From the IMG/VR virus record IMGVR_UViG_3300035698_010959: a DNA stretch of 64,000 bases; one strand, written 5' to 3'. Made by a program: the position numbers and the translations under genes. This DNA comes from a virus. Below the pieces are notes generated by a model. That model made no database searches, was not told where the DNA came from, and worked only from the letters and a program-made list of their open reading frames with translations. This document shows positions 37,026-48,000 of the stretch, in pieces (position 1 is the stretch's first letter; the number at the start of each line of letters is the position of its first letter).

Positions 37026-38135
37026 TTATGTAACATCTAAACTTCGTGCGTAAAATTTAGAGCCTGCTGTTGCTGTTAGGTCTACATTTAATGCTGTATT
37101 GTTGCTTACTGCCATTCGTATTTGTGTGTTTGTAATATCTGGGTGAGCATCCATTACTCTTGAAACAAGTTCATTATATATCATATTACCAAGTGTAGAT
37201 TTATTATCTCCTACTGGTAGATTATCTATATAAGAACGTGCTGCTACAGATGCTTGTGATCGCGCAAGTGTGGCATTAAGTTGTGTTCCTAATGCTACTT
37301 TTATTGTAAGGTCTATTGGTATTTCAATAGGGGCTTTTGCTGTTGCGGATATTCCATAAGCCACTACTTTATCTAATGTATCTTGTACTTGCTCTAATAG
37401 AGCTGCTGTTACTCTTCTATCTACTGATATAACTACAACATCTAACGTTCCTGTACCTCTTGCCATTGGTTGAAGTATTACATCTTTAACTCCAGGTAAT
37501 TCAAGTAATGATATTCTTATTGATGTTTCATTTGCTCCTTGTACTGTTAGCAAGGAGTTAGATATCCTATATCTGTAGTTATCATCTGATTCTACATCAG
37601 TACCTGTACTAATTGGTAATATGTTTGTTACTGTTATGTTTGTACTACCTATATCATTAGATGTTAGTGCTTGTGGTCCAACATTATATTGTGGCCCTTC
37701 ATATACAGCAGTAACATCTACATAGGATTCTCCTCCGCTTTGAACAGTTATTACATAGTCTGTAGTGTAAGATATTCGTTGATTGCTTGATGACCATACT
37801 CGTGTACTTTTTGGTATTGTAGCAACTTCATCACCTATATTACGAAATAGAACTGCGTTTCCTGCTCCTGCGGTTGTTGCTGCTTTGGCTGGAAGACGTG
37901 TTACTCCAAATAGTTGTCCTATTTTATCAAGATTTGAGCCTGCCGCTGTTGATAGATTGCCTTGTTCATCAAGCTGTGCCAACATATCATATAGGTCTTG
38001 TATGTAGGCAACAAATACTTTTAGCATAGACCCAGCTATAGATGATTCTGAGAAGTTGGTTATGCCTGTTTTTTCTTTTACTGCTTGTATAGCATAGGAT
38101 AGCAGTTCATCATATGTTGGTGTAGCTAATGCCAT
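37026..38135 (-). CDS. baseplate J-like protein
   Basis: TNFSESSIAG..L.TA.G..LDKIG..FGVTR..A, GTDVESDDNYRYRI, GTGTLDVVV. Confidence 0.93.
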   Translation of the reverse strand: MALATPTYDELLSYAIQAVKEKTGITNFSESSIAGSMLKVFVAYIQDLYDMLAQLDEQGNLSTAAGSNLDKIGQLFGVTRLPAKAATTAGAGNAVLFRNIGDEVATIPKSTRVWSSSNQRISYTTDYVITVQSGGESYVDVTAVYEGPQYNVGPQALTSNDIGSTNITVTNILPISTGTDVESDDNYRYRISNSLLTVQGANETSIRISLLELPGVKDVILQPMARGTGTLDVVVISVDRRVTAALLEQVQDTLDKVVAYGISATAKAPIEIPIDLTIKVALGTQLNATLARSQASVAARSYIDNLPVGDNKSTLGNMIYNELVSRVMDAHPDITNTQIRMAVSNNTALNVDLTATAGSKFYARSLDVT

Positions 38136-38139
38136 GTTG

Positions 38140-38448
38140 TTAGTTTTCTTTCTTCCTCCAGAATGTGTCTTCTGTTAAGTAATCTTCTGTGTCATTTATA
38201 AGTGTGTATGTAGCTTTAGAGGCTTTACTATATGTTCTTGGAAAACTTACTGGAGTTATATGTCTACACTCGTTACAATGTATTAACCAAGTATTATTTG
38301 TATGAGGTTCTGTATTTGGAAAGTAGGAGATGTTACCACAGTACTTACATATAACTTTATAACCATCTGTATATTCTGGAGGAATCCACATTCCTCTTGA
38401 AAAATCAGAGTTATTCCATTGGTTCTTTTTATTTTTGTGTATAGACAT
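38140..38448 (-). CDS. zinc-ribbon protein
   Basis: CKYC and CNEC pairs. Confidence 0.7.
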   Translation of the reverse strand: MSIHKNKKNQWNNSDFSRGMWIPPEYTDGYKVICKYCGNISYFPNTEPHTNNTWLIHCNECRHITPVSFPRTYSKASKATYTLINDTEDYLTEDTFWRKKEN

Positions 38449-38459
38449 TTTGATATTTT

Positions 38460-38924
38460 TTAGTTAGCTATTACAGATATTTGTGCGTCTATTGATTCTT
38501 GTTCATAGAGAATAATATCAGTAGAATTTAAAATTAGGCTACCTGATTGGTCTAAAACAGTTACCGGTATTCCAGCTATTATTGCTGAATCTTGTATATA
38601 TGAGCAATTGGCTGGTAATAAAAATAATATCTTACTAATTCGGTTAGGTATAACAACAGGTAAAGTTGTTTCTGCTGTTACTTCTTTAAGGTTGTCATAT
38701 TCATCTGTCCATGTTATTGAAGTAGTTATCTCTATTGGTGGTCTTGGAACTGAATTATTTTTTGTGGTAGATGTAATAGTTACTTGCTCTCCTGGTTTTA
38801 TAACTGGTTTTGAGCTTTTTACATCTACAGTTAATTCAGCACAAGCACAAAGTGGAGTACCTAACTGTAGTATAAATAATGGTATAGAGCAGCCCATTAT
38901 TATGCTCTTTATAAGCTTTTTCAT
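38460..38924 (-). CDS. exported Ig-like (DUF11-like) protein
   Basis: Signal peptide MKKLIK..PLCACA; SSKPVIKPGEQVTIT..N, LPANCSYI..S. Confidence 0.6.
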   Translation of the reverse strand: MKKLIKSIIMGCSIPLFILQLGTPLCACAELTVDVKSSKPVIKPGEQVTITSTTKNNSVPRPPIEITTSITWTDEYDNLKEVTAETTLPVVIPNRISKILFLLPANCSYIQDSAIIAGIPVTVLDQSGSLILNSTDIILYEQESIDAQISVIAN

Positions 38925-38945
38925 TTGTGTTTCCTTTAATAATAG

Positions 38946-39275
38946 TTAGTTGTTTATTTCATCTTCTTCATAAGTATCTATGTCTTGAGAATTAACAGTT
39001 GTTTTCTCTATGGAAACTTTGGTTTCTATGTTTGGTTGATTACTTTCTGTAATAGATACTATTTTGTTTAATTCTTTTTTATTGTAGATTCTACTATCTA
39101 CTCTTCTTAATATTGTTAAGAGATCTGTTGGATTTGAATGTATGAGTTGTATTTTTTCTATTACTGTTTCTTTGGTTGTTGTTGTATCTGCTATAAGTAT
39201 TGTCTCATTACATCTAGCAGCAGGAGCTAATACTATTATGAATACAACTAAAAGCTTTAATAGTTTTGAGAGCAT
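38946..39275 (-). CDS. exported/lipoprotein, possible single secretin N-domain (NolW-like) repeat
   Basis: Signal peptide ending PAARC; VIEKIQLIHSNPTDLLTIL; AAGGAG RBS. Confidence 0.5.
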   Translation of the reverse strand: MLSKLLKLLVVFIIVLAPAARCNETILIADTTTTKETVIEKIQLIHSNPTDLLTILRRVDSRIYNKKELNKIVSITESNQPNIETKVSIEKTTVNSQDIDTYEEDEINN

Positions 39276-39343
39276 ATAAGATTATTTCTCCTTGTTGTTT
39301 AAGTAATCATCGTGAAACTGTATTATATCTTTATTATGTTGTT

Positions 39344-39485
39344 TTATCCATGTCTGCTAAGATGTTTACGTCTCCATTCGTCAGTCAATTCTACGTTATC
39401 TGGAATGTTAAGGCGTTTTTTTTATCTTTGCTTGTATTTTTTTTACTATGGAATCTGTAATTTTTGTATGTGTATTTGTTGTCAT
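39344..39485 (-). pseudogene. small ORF broken by a frameshift in an A8 run
   Basis: ATG 39485 gives 25 aa; removing one A at 39416-39423 gives MTTNTHTKITDSIVKKIQAKIKKRLNIPDNVELTDEWRRKHLSRHG*. Confidence 0.4.
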
Positions 39486-39492
39486 AATAATA

Positions 39493-40653
39493 TTAGCTCC
39501 AGGCGGGGTAACAACACTGTTTGTACTTTTTACCACTGCCACAAGGACAAGGAGAGTTACGACCAATTTCGGTATTTACTACTGGGCCTGGGCCTACATC
39601 TCCTATTGAAGCATTATATCGTATTGCTTCCCAAGTATCTGCCCACTTACCTATATTCTTTGCGTAGTCGTGGTGTTCTCTTACTTTGGTTTGTGCTGCT
39701 TCTCCCATTTCTCTACGCTTTGTTTCGTCTTCAATAAGTATAGATAGTTTCTCTATCCATTCTGGTGTTGTGTTTGCTGTGTATCCATCTACTCCTTGGT
39801 CTATATAGCGCTGATAAGGAGCAACTTTACTTGCTACATAAGGTATACCCCAGCTACCCATCTCCATTAATTTAAGTGGACTTTTTGCTCTATTAAATGT
39901 AGTGTTTGCTATTGGCGCTACACCTATATCGAAGTGGCTTAATACTTGTGGGTATACATCTATTGGAGCATCTTTTATAAGTATTATACGGTCTACTATT
40001 TCTGAAGGAACATTCCAAGATTCTATTGCTTGCTCTGCCAACATCTTGTTAGTACAAATTCCAAACTTTATATGCTTGTATTTTGTTAGAATTCCTTTAA
40101 CAATTTCTCCAAGAATAGGCATATCTCGCTGGTGTGTCGTTCCCCCAGACCATCCTACTGTAAGGTCTGGATCTCTATTTGTTACTCTCGTAGTCCAATC
40201 TCTTATATCAAAATCTATTGCGTTTGGTACTACGAATGTATTTCTATTAAGATGTAGATATTCAGCAGCCAGCTCTGGTGTAGATACTGTTAGCCCATGA
40301 GATTCTGCTATCATTTCATGTGCTTTTTTTAGTTCTTTTGTTCCTTGATGATATACTCTATATGCTGGTGAGTCTATGTGTACTGCGTTTAGTGCGTCAT
40401 CAACTTCATATATTATTGTTATACCGGTATCTTTTAAATGTTTTAAAGAGTCTACTACATTTTCGTTATATTGCCGCTGTGCTATTATATAATCTGCCCA
40501 TTGTAGTTCAGCAAAATTTACTTTTGTTACTACCTGTGTTGTTGCTCCAAGTTTTGCTAAATAATCAAGTGGATATTGAATTCGTAATAAACCACATGCT
40601 GTTTCATCAGCTCTAAATCCTACTACTTTTAGTCCCGAAAAGTTCTTTCTCAA
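39493..40653 (-). CDS. GT-B glycosyltransferase (GT4-like) with C-terminal SEC-C motif
   Basis: CGLLRIQYP, YEVDD, VSTPELA, VPNAID, VGWSGGTTH..D, DIGVAP..FNRAKSPLKLMEMG..GIP.VAS; GRNSPCPCGSGKKYKQCC; TTG start after GGGAGG. Confidence 0.9.
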   Translation of the reverse strand: MRKNFSGLKVVGFRADETACGLLRIQYPLDYLAKLGATTQVVTKVNFAELQWADYIIAQRQYNENVVDSLKHLKDTGITIIYEVDDALNAVHIDSPAYRVYHQGTKELKKAHEMIAESHGLTVSTPELAAEYLHLNRNTFVVPNAIDFDIRDWTTRVTNRDPDLTVGWSGGTTHQRDMPILGEIVKGILTKYKHIKFGICTNKMLAEQAIESWNVPSEIVDRIILIKDAPIDVYPQVLSHFDIGVAPIANTTFNRAKSPLKLMEMGSWGIPYVASKVAPYQRYIDQGVDGYTANTTPEWIEKLSILIEDETKRREMGEAAQTKVREHHDYAKNIGKWADTWEAIRYNASIGDVGPGPVVNTEIGRNSPCPCGSGKKYKQCCYPAWS

Positions 40654-40672
40654 TTGCTCTAATCCTCCCAGA

Positions 40673-41074
40673 TTATGTGGTTACATTAATATATCCAGTT
40701 CGTAAATCAAGAGAAGCAGTAATTGTATAGTTTCCTGTTTCTCCTTTTAGAACTATTGCTATCATTATTTCTACAGTATTGATTGGTACAACTCTTAGAG
40801 AAAAATCATCTACAGTTAAAAAATTATCATGAGTCAATGCATTAGTTATTTGTTCTGCTAATGCGTTTCCTATTTCTCTTGTATTTGGTTCTCCAATAAA
40901 GTCCTCTAAACTTGCTCCGCAGTAAGGTTCTAATGTATAGTCTCCAATATATGTCTTTAGTCTAAAAATTACATTTTCTACTAATACATCATCACCAAGA
41001 GAGTATTTTATATCTCCATCATATCCGATTTCTATATCCCCATCTGAGTTTAAATGTACATCTTTTCTTGGCAT
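40673..41074 (-). CDS. baseplate wedge/sheath initiator (gp25/gpW-like)
   Basis: GDI..RLKT.IGD..P..GASLEDFIGEPN pattern; context upstream of J. Confidence 0.8.
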   Translation of the reverse strand: MPRKDVHLNSDGDIEIGYDGDIKYSLGDDVLVENVIFRLKTYIGDYTLEPYCGASLEDFIGEPNTREIGNALAEQITNALTHDNFLTVDDFSLRVVPINTVEIMIAIVLKGETGNYTITASLDLRTGYINVTT

Positions 41075-41617
41075 TTACTTAATGTGTTCCTCTAATATTT
41101 TTTGTACGATGGATGCTGTGTTAATACTTTGTAAGGAGTTTATAAATAATGGGGTAGGAGTAAATAAAGATAAAAACGGCATTGGGATATCTGGCCCACC
41201 ACCAAGAGGTTTAGTTACTATACTTAATGGAATTGCTGCCGGTGTAGGTGTTAGAGCACTTCTATTTAGAAGAGAAGTTATTCCTGAATTCCATATTGGG
41301 TTTAATGCTTTGCCTCCAATATTTACTTCTCCTGGATTTGTGTTTAAATGTAACGAAGATACGTTAGTTGCTATTGTTTCTCCATTTATAGTTATTTGCC
41401 CAGATTCTCCATCTATTAGTATGTAACTGCTTCCTGCTCTTATCTCTATACAATTATCGTCCCTTACCCATATACCATCTCCGGTAAGGGCGTTTTTCAT
41501 TCCAACTTCTGTGGGACTTTGATACTCTTGGTTTTTTGCTAATTGTTCTGGAGTTTTATCTTCAGTTAGTTCTTTTATTTTATTTGCTATTACTTTTTGT
41601 TGTAAGGCGGTATCCAT
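41075..41617 (-). CDS. putative baseplate spike beta-helix component
   Basis: GIWVRDDNCIEI.AG..ILIDG..GQITING repeats; follows the gpV-like gene. Confidence 0.55.
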   Translation of the reverse strand: MDTALQQKVIANKIKELTEDKTPEQLAKNQEYQSPTEVGMKNALTGDGIWVRDDNCIEIRAGSSYILIDGESGQITINGETIATNVSSLHLNTNPGEVNIGGKALNPIWNSGITSLLNRSALTPTPAAIPLSIVTKPLGGGPDIPMPFLSLFTPTPLFINSLQSINTASIVQKILEEHIK

Positions 41618-41991
41618 TAAAATAAACCTTTTTGTGTTAAACTATCTTTATCTATGCGTGTTACTCTATCTGGAGTACTATTTTCTTCTCTTGTTACAGA
41701 TTCATAATATGGATCAAAACTCATTAGTAACATTGGCTGTGATCTATCTCCATTTACAAAACATATTATTACGTTTGTATCTGGTTCTGGGTCTTGTACT
41801 CTGTATCCTTTAGATGATTGTGGCCAATGTAATTGTATTGTTTCTTCTCCACTACCCTTATCCTGTAGAAGTCTAACATGGGCTACTGCTGTTTTACTAT
41901 CAAACGATTTAACTACACCGTATATAGGCATATGTACTGTTGATATATTTTCTTTTATAAGTTGTTGGAGTGTTTCTTTAAACTTTGGCAT
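41617..41991 (-). CDS. gpV/gp5-like OB-fold spike base protein
   Basis: YGVVKSFD..AHVRL..PEPDTNVIICFVNGDRSQPMLL. Confidence 0.75.
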   Translation of the reverse strand: MPKFKETLQQLIKENISTVHMPIYGVVKSFDSKTAVAHVRLLQDKGSGEETIQLHWPQSSKGYRVQDPEPDTNVIICFVNGDRSQPMLLMSFDPYYESVTREENSTPDRVTRIDKDSLTQKGLF

Positions 41992-42019
41992 ATGCTATGT
42001 GTGTACCTTACTATACTAT

Positions 42020-42048
42020 ATTATACCACATTTTGTTAAAAAAGTGAA
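42020..42048 (-). promoter_or_regulatory. sigma70-type promoter
   Basis: TTCACT-17 nt-TATAAT with TGTGG extended -10 in an 85-nt intergenic gap. Confidence 0.6.
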
Positions 42049-42076
42049 GTAAATTTTGCATAATTTATAAAATATT

Positions 42077-45000
42077 TTAATTATATTTTGGAGATGCTAT
42101 CCAAGAAACCCTATTGAATACGCTGCTAAGATTTCTGCTTGTACTTACACGTCCTTCAGATAATTCATTTAATTTCCATTGTCCTTGTTGATTTTTATAA
42201 ATCATAGCAAAGTGTTGATCTGATTGGCCTTTGTTAAGACAAATAATCATTCCTGATTCTAGTGCTCTATCGAAGCCTTTTACTGAAGATGGTTTGTTAA
42301 CTTTAGTTCCGTATGTAGAATCATTCCATGGTGTACTTACATGAGATGTATTTTGTCCAAGTGGTTTATTATCGTATGGGCCTTTCCATCCGTATAAGTG
42401 CATTAGATCTGTAACATATCTACCACACCATCGTTCTCCTCCTGTATAAGGCTCTTGTGGTAAAGGATTTCCAAATGATGCTGGAGAGTCTACTATTGTT
42501 CCTACTCTTTCTGATCCTAAGAATGATGCTGGAGTTTGTATTGGGCCGAGGTCTGTTGTTTCAAGTGCTTGTGACGTATCGTAATGTAGTGGTTTTACTC
42601 CTATTACGTTATTGATTAGTGCCCCAAGTCCATAAATATAATCTGAAAAGGATCCTCCACTACCTCCAATGAATGCTGCATAGTCGTTGCCTGCTTTGCC
42701 CATGAATCCTAGATTGTGTTTAGCTTGGTAATCCCAATTTGTAAGTGCTGAAAGAATACCGTCCCATACTCCAATCTCATCTCCCAGTACTGAACCCGCG
42801 TGTCCATTTATACCAGCTGTAAATGGCTTTCCATTTATAAGAAGTGGTCTTAGAATTAATGCTTGTCTTGCTGCGTGCCCTCTATTAAGCCATTCAACAA
42901 TTCCACCTGCCAGTATAATCCATACTCCATTTTTTATTGCTTTTACTATACTTGCGGATGCTGTTGGTAGCTTTATTCGTTTTCCTGCTGTTGCAAATGC
43001 TTTTGGATTTGCTTTAATTTTTGTGAAAGCTGCTTTTATTCCTGACGCTTTTGCTTCTTTTCCTACGCTTTTACATGTTTCTATAAATCCTACAGAGTCA
43101 TGCCATGTTTTAAATTTTGTCCACGATGTTCCCAGATAGGCTTTTGCTTTTATTATGTGTTTATTTGTTGCAAGATCTTTTATTCGTCGTGGTCCATATT
43201 TTTCTAAGCCTTTATCTACTGCTTTTATTATTTCTGAGTCTCCAGCAGTCATTCGTTTTATCATTTCTTCATAGCCAATTCCTTTCCACTCTTTTAAAGT
43301 TTTTATTGGAGATAGTAATGTATCTAATAATATGTTTCTTGCTGATATTGCTACTGGATTTGAGGATTGTCTTCCTAATTTTAGTATTGCTGAAAGAAGT
43401 ATATTACCTACAAATCTTAGTGTTCCTGTTTTTATTAGTATAGAAGCAACTTGTTGCATTGCTATAGCACTTACATATCTTGATCCCATCATTTGTATCC
43501 ATGCCCATGATGTTTGATCTGCTTGATCAATTGCTGATAGTACTAAATCAGGGGATACTGTTGTAATAAATCCAGATTCATAACTGAAGTGTTGTGTTAC
43601 TTCTTTTACGTCTATGAGGCCATACATATCTATTTGATCATCTGCTAAATATGCTCTATCATAGGGCTTTATACTTGGATCTCCTAATATAACTAAATGC
43701 CCTTGATACATATCTTTTACAGAATCCATTAGTATGCTTACTGCTGCGTTGTTAGTAGATTTTCTTGTATAGTACCCAGTTAGTAAATGGAAGTTAAGTG
43801 GAAGTATATCTTGAGCGTTTTGTGCTGTTGTAGCATATAGTCCTGATGATGTGTATAATATTTTCTGATGTTCTGGATAGATATCTGTGTCTAAGTACAT
43901 CATATTAGACCAACTCGGTGAGTTATCTTTAGCTATTGTACCATTGAATTTTGACATTGCTTGGCAGATGGTATGTATTTTATCTGAACTTTTTATTTTG
44001 TTATCTATTAGATTACAGATAGATGAAATTACACGTACTTGTCTAAATGGTTTTTGTAAAGTTACATCATCAGGTTTCCAGTTTTCAGGATAAGCCACTT
44101 CTCCTTTTCCATATTGTACTTCTTCTCGTTTTGCTTTTGCTAGATATTCTGCTGTGTATTCATAGTGTAGAACCCAGTGCGGTTTTCCATAAAATAATGT
44201 ACTTCTTAGTTCAAATGGATATACGGCACATATGTATTCTGGAGCTATGTCTGTACATGTTTTTATAACTTTCCATGGAGTTGCGTCTGTTATAGATAAT
44301 CCTATTTTTGTATCACTTCCATCAATACCGTCAAGCAATCCAAGTATGTTATAATAAGATTCACCAGCAGATGATTCTGCGTACATCCTATCTTCCAGTA
44401 ATCCTTTTTTGTCTGCTCTATATGTATTCATTCCAACCTCTGCTTCTGACTTAAATAATGTAGAACGTGTTGGTGACCCAAAGTGTGCTATACCATATGG
44501 ATTATCTTGTTTAAATTTAAAGCTTTCTTTTAACCAATCATAAGGTCTGGTTGGAGTCATTACTTTCATAATTAATTCACGAGGTTGTACTCCTTGGCCA
44601 AGCCAAGTATATGATTTGTATTCTATACCTCCTTCTTCTTTTACTAGGTTTGGGTCTTTTTGTATTAGTTGTTTATCTAACTCTATACCATCTGATAGCG
44701 CTACGACTGTAACAGCTTCATCTCCTGGAGGTACTTCTGATATTACCCCATTAAATACAACAGGAAGCTTGTTCGCATTTCCTCCCGAACCCATACGAAT
44801 ATGAACCCGTGTTCCAGCCTTTAGTAACATTGAATTTACGTGTTTAGACCATTCTAAAAATACGTCATCTCCTGTATTATGTAGTAATGAGTCCACTGTG
44901 CCTTGTGTTATACTTTGTATTCCCCATTTTACAGTTGGTATTACAGGATCTTCTGTACTTAGCTTTGTTAAATGATGGAACATATTTGAGAATGTTATTA

Positions 45001-48000
45001 GTGCTGTATCTACTGGGCCTTTTCTTGTTTTGTGTATTTCTATTGATTGTATTGCTGTCATTCCATACCAGTGATCATATAATCTATGGAATCGAAGCCA
45101 ACGTCCTCCATCTACTAACAATACACAATATGTTGGAAAGGCAGTTAGTAATCTATTAGCCGGAGTATAGTTTCTCATATCATAGAACATGTCTTGTTTA
45201 TCTTCTCGTATAAAAGAGTCCATGAATGTTCTAATATTCTGAGGTGTTGATTTATCCACATAAAGTTCAGTTACTAATTCTTTATTAAGGTTTTGTAATC
45301 TTTCACGTAATGGTGTTTTCTCTACTTCAGCTCTTACTCCCTCTTCCCAACTACGATATTCTTCTCTACTTTCTTTTGCGTTACCTATCCATCTTTGAAG
45401 CCAGGTTAGTTTGCTATTATCTTTAGATTCTACTGTTGTTGTTTTCTTTACTGGTTCTTTAGATGGATCGTATGCTGCCATACCCGCTATTGTATTTTTA
45501 TATTGTTGAGATACACCTGCTAGTTTACTTATTGTTACTGGCTTTGTGTTACCGTCATTAACTAGTTTTCTTATCTTTCCTGGCCCTGCGTTGTAGGCTG
45601 ATAGAGCTATTAGCCATTTGCTATAATCATTTTTAGCGATTTGTAGTTTTCCTATATTAGGTATTTGATTATAACAGTGTTCTAAATAAAGCATACTAGC
45701 TCGTATTGCGAATTCATGATCTATTGCTCTTATATCTGTAGAGGAGCCATTACATTTGGTATACTCTTCTTTAGTTATGAGTTTTTTATTATATAGTTCT
45801 TGTATGGCTGTACTTTTTCTTAGCTGTCCTAACCCTATTGAATCATGGTCTTTTGTGTAGCTACTATAACCCTCTAGTGTAAACATATTTATAGCAATTA
45901 TTTCAGGTACACTTGTTATTCCAGTTTCTTCTTTAGAATACTTTTGTATAAGTTGTAATATTCTAAGTCCTGTTGAATTTGAATATTCTGCTAATGGATC
46001 ATAGGTTGGAGTTAGTCCTGGTATTGGTGACGATTGGCTGTTAGAGTTAGCAATACCTGGCTTTACAGTTTTTACTTTGTTTAATAGTTTTGTGCGCGCT
46101 TTATATAACTCTGAATCGCTAGTTAGTATAGATGGGCCTGCGCTTGATGTTGTGTCTTGGTTCATGCTGTTCATGATACCAGCATATGCTTTGAATGTTG
46201 CTAATGTAGCTGGATCGTTGCTTACATCTATTTTGCCATTAAATGGTATTGTTGCTTTATCATTGTAGTTACTTCTTACACCACAGGTTGCTACTTTTGA
46301 ATTTACTGATGGATCTTGTACTATTCCTAATAAACTATCTAGTACTGGGTCTACTAAAGGATTGACTATTCCTGGTGGACAAGAAGGACGTACATAAAAG
46401 TCTGGGTCTACATAGGCAGATATATTTGTTGGAGTTTCTAATACACTACATATTTCTGGTGTCCAAGGGAAATCTTCATCTGATATTGCCCATCTATATT
46501 TGCTACTTTCTACTAGTGATCCGGCCTTACAGTCTGTAACCCATTTTTGTAGTTTAGAATATGTTGGCAAATTCATATCAGGATATAGCTGTAATGATCT
46601 TAGCTTTGAATGAAAATGTTCTGCTCTAATCATATGCTCTTTGTATGAGTCTGTAGGTGTTTCTAGTTTAGATTTTTCTACGTTTCTAATATCTTTTATA
46701 TACCAGTTTGGGTCATCTAGCGCTTCAAGATCTTCTCGTGATTGTGACATTGGATCAAAATCTATACAAGAAAACTCTATTTTAAATGTTCCTGGAAATC
46801 CCTGGTCTGTTATGATATTAAGATTTACTGGAAGTACTGTTGTAACACCAGCAAGGGCTAATAACTCATTTGCTATATATAGATATCCTTCATAGGAGTC
46901 TCCTATGTCATCTCCCCTACATGTTTTTACTAAATAGTCTACTCGTTCTGTTAATTCTTTTAATGATTTAATATCTGCTTCATTTGTTATTGTTCCGGCT
47001 ATTGTTATGTAGGTATCACTAGCTCCCATAAACTGTTGAACAGGGGCATTTTTTGGAGAGGCTTGTAATTGTGCGTTTGTTACAATATTTTCCATACCTA
47101 TAGTAACGTTCTCTACTATAAGACTATCTAACTCTATGCGTTCCCATTTCTTTTCAAGTACTTCTGGTATTACTTTTTTCTGTTTAGTACTTCGTCCAGC
47201 AGCATTTGATAGTGATCTTCTTAATGGATGTGTGTCTTTTGGTGAGCTTGCGTTTAGTCCAGACTTTGTATATAAGAAATAGCAGTTATCTAAATCATTA
47301 AGAACTGCCTGCCCTTTTGCCCGTGCTGTGGCGTTTCCTACTGTACTTCTAGCTTCTCTAAGGCTATCTCTTCTTTTATCTCTTCCTTCTCCATCTGTAA
47401 TATCTTCTGAGGTTATTTCTGTAAGATAATTACCGTTGCTATCTGTATTAGGTAATGTATGTAGGCGTAATCCACCAGGAGCATAGTATACTTTTTCTGC
47501 TGTTTGAAATGCTTTTATGGCAGTATCTGGATGTGTAAATTTTAGTATTATAGCATTCTCTGTTCCTGTGCTATTTGCTCTAACTGTGTTTGTACTATCA
47601 GATGAAGACGATCTCCATTCGGCGGATGCTTTGTTATTTGATGGATTAGATTCTACTTTTACTGTTCCTGGCGCTAGTTTTATAAATAACAATGAGCCTG
47701 TAAATTTACCATTACAATTTAATAGATCCTCTGCTTGATATGACCATTTTTTCTGTAACCCATCTCCTTTATATATTCCAAAGGTATCATATAGTTCTGG
47801 CTTTATATTGTCTATCCAGTCTATTGCGTTAGCTACTATTTGTGTATCTTTTTCTAACGTGGTAACCATTAAATCTTCTGACATTAGTTGTCTATTGGAT
47901 GCCATTGCTATAAGATAATCTTCATTTGGTATGTTAAATGCCATATTTCCATTTAATACTGGTCCAAGTGGTTGTGTTTTTGTAGATGTCTCACACCAAA

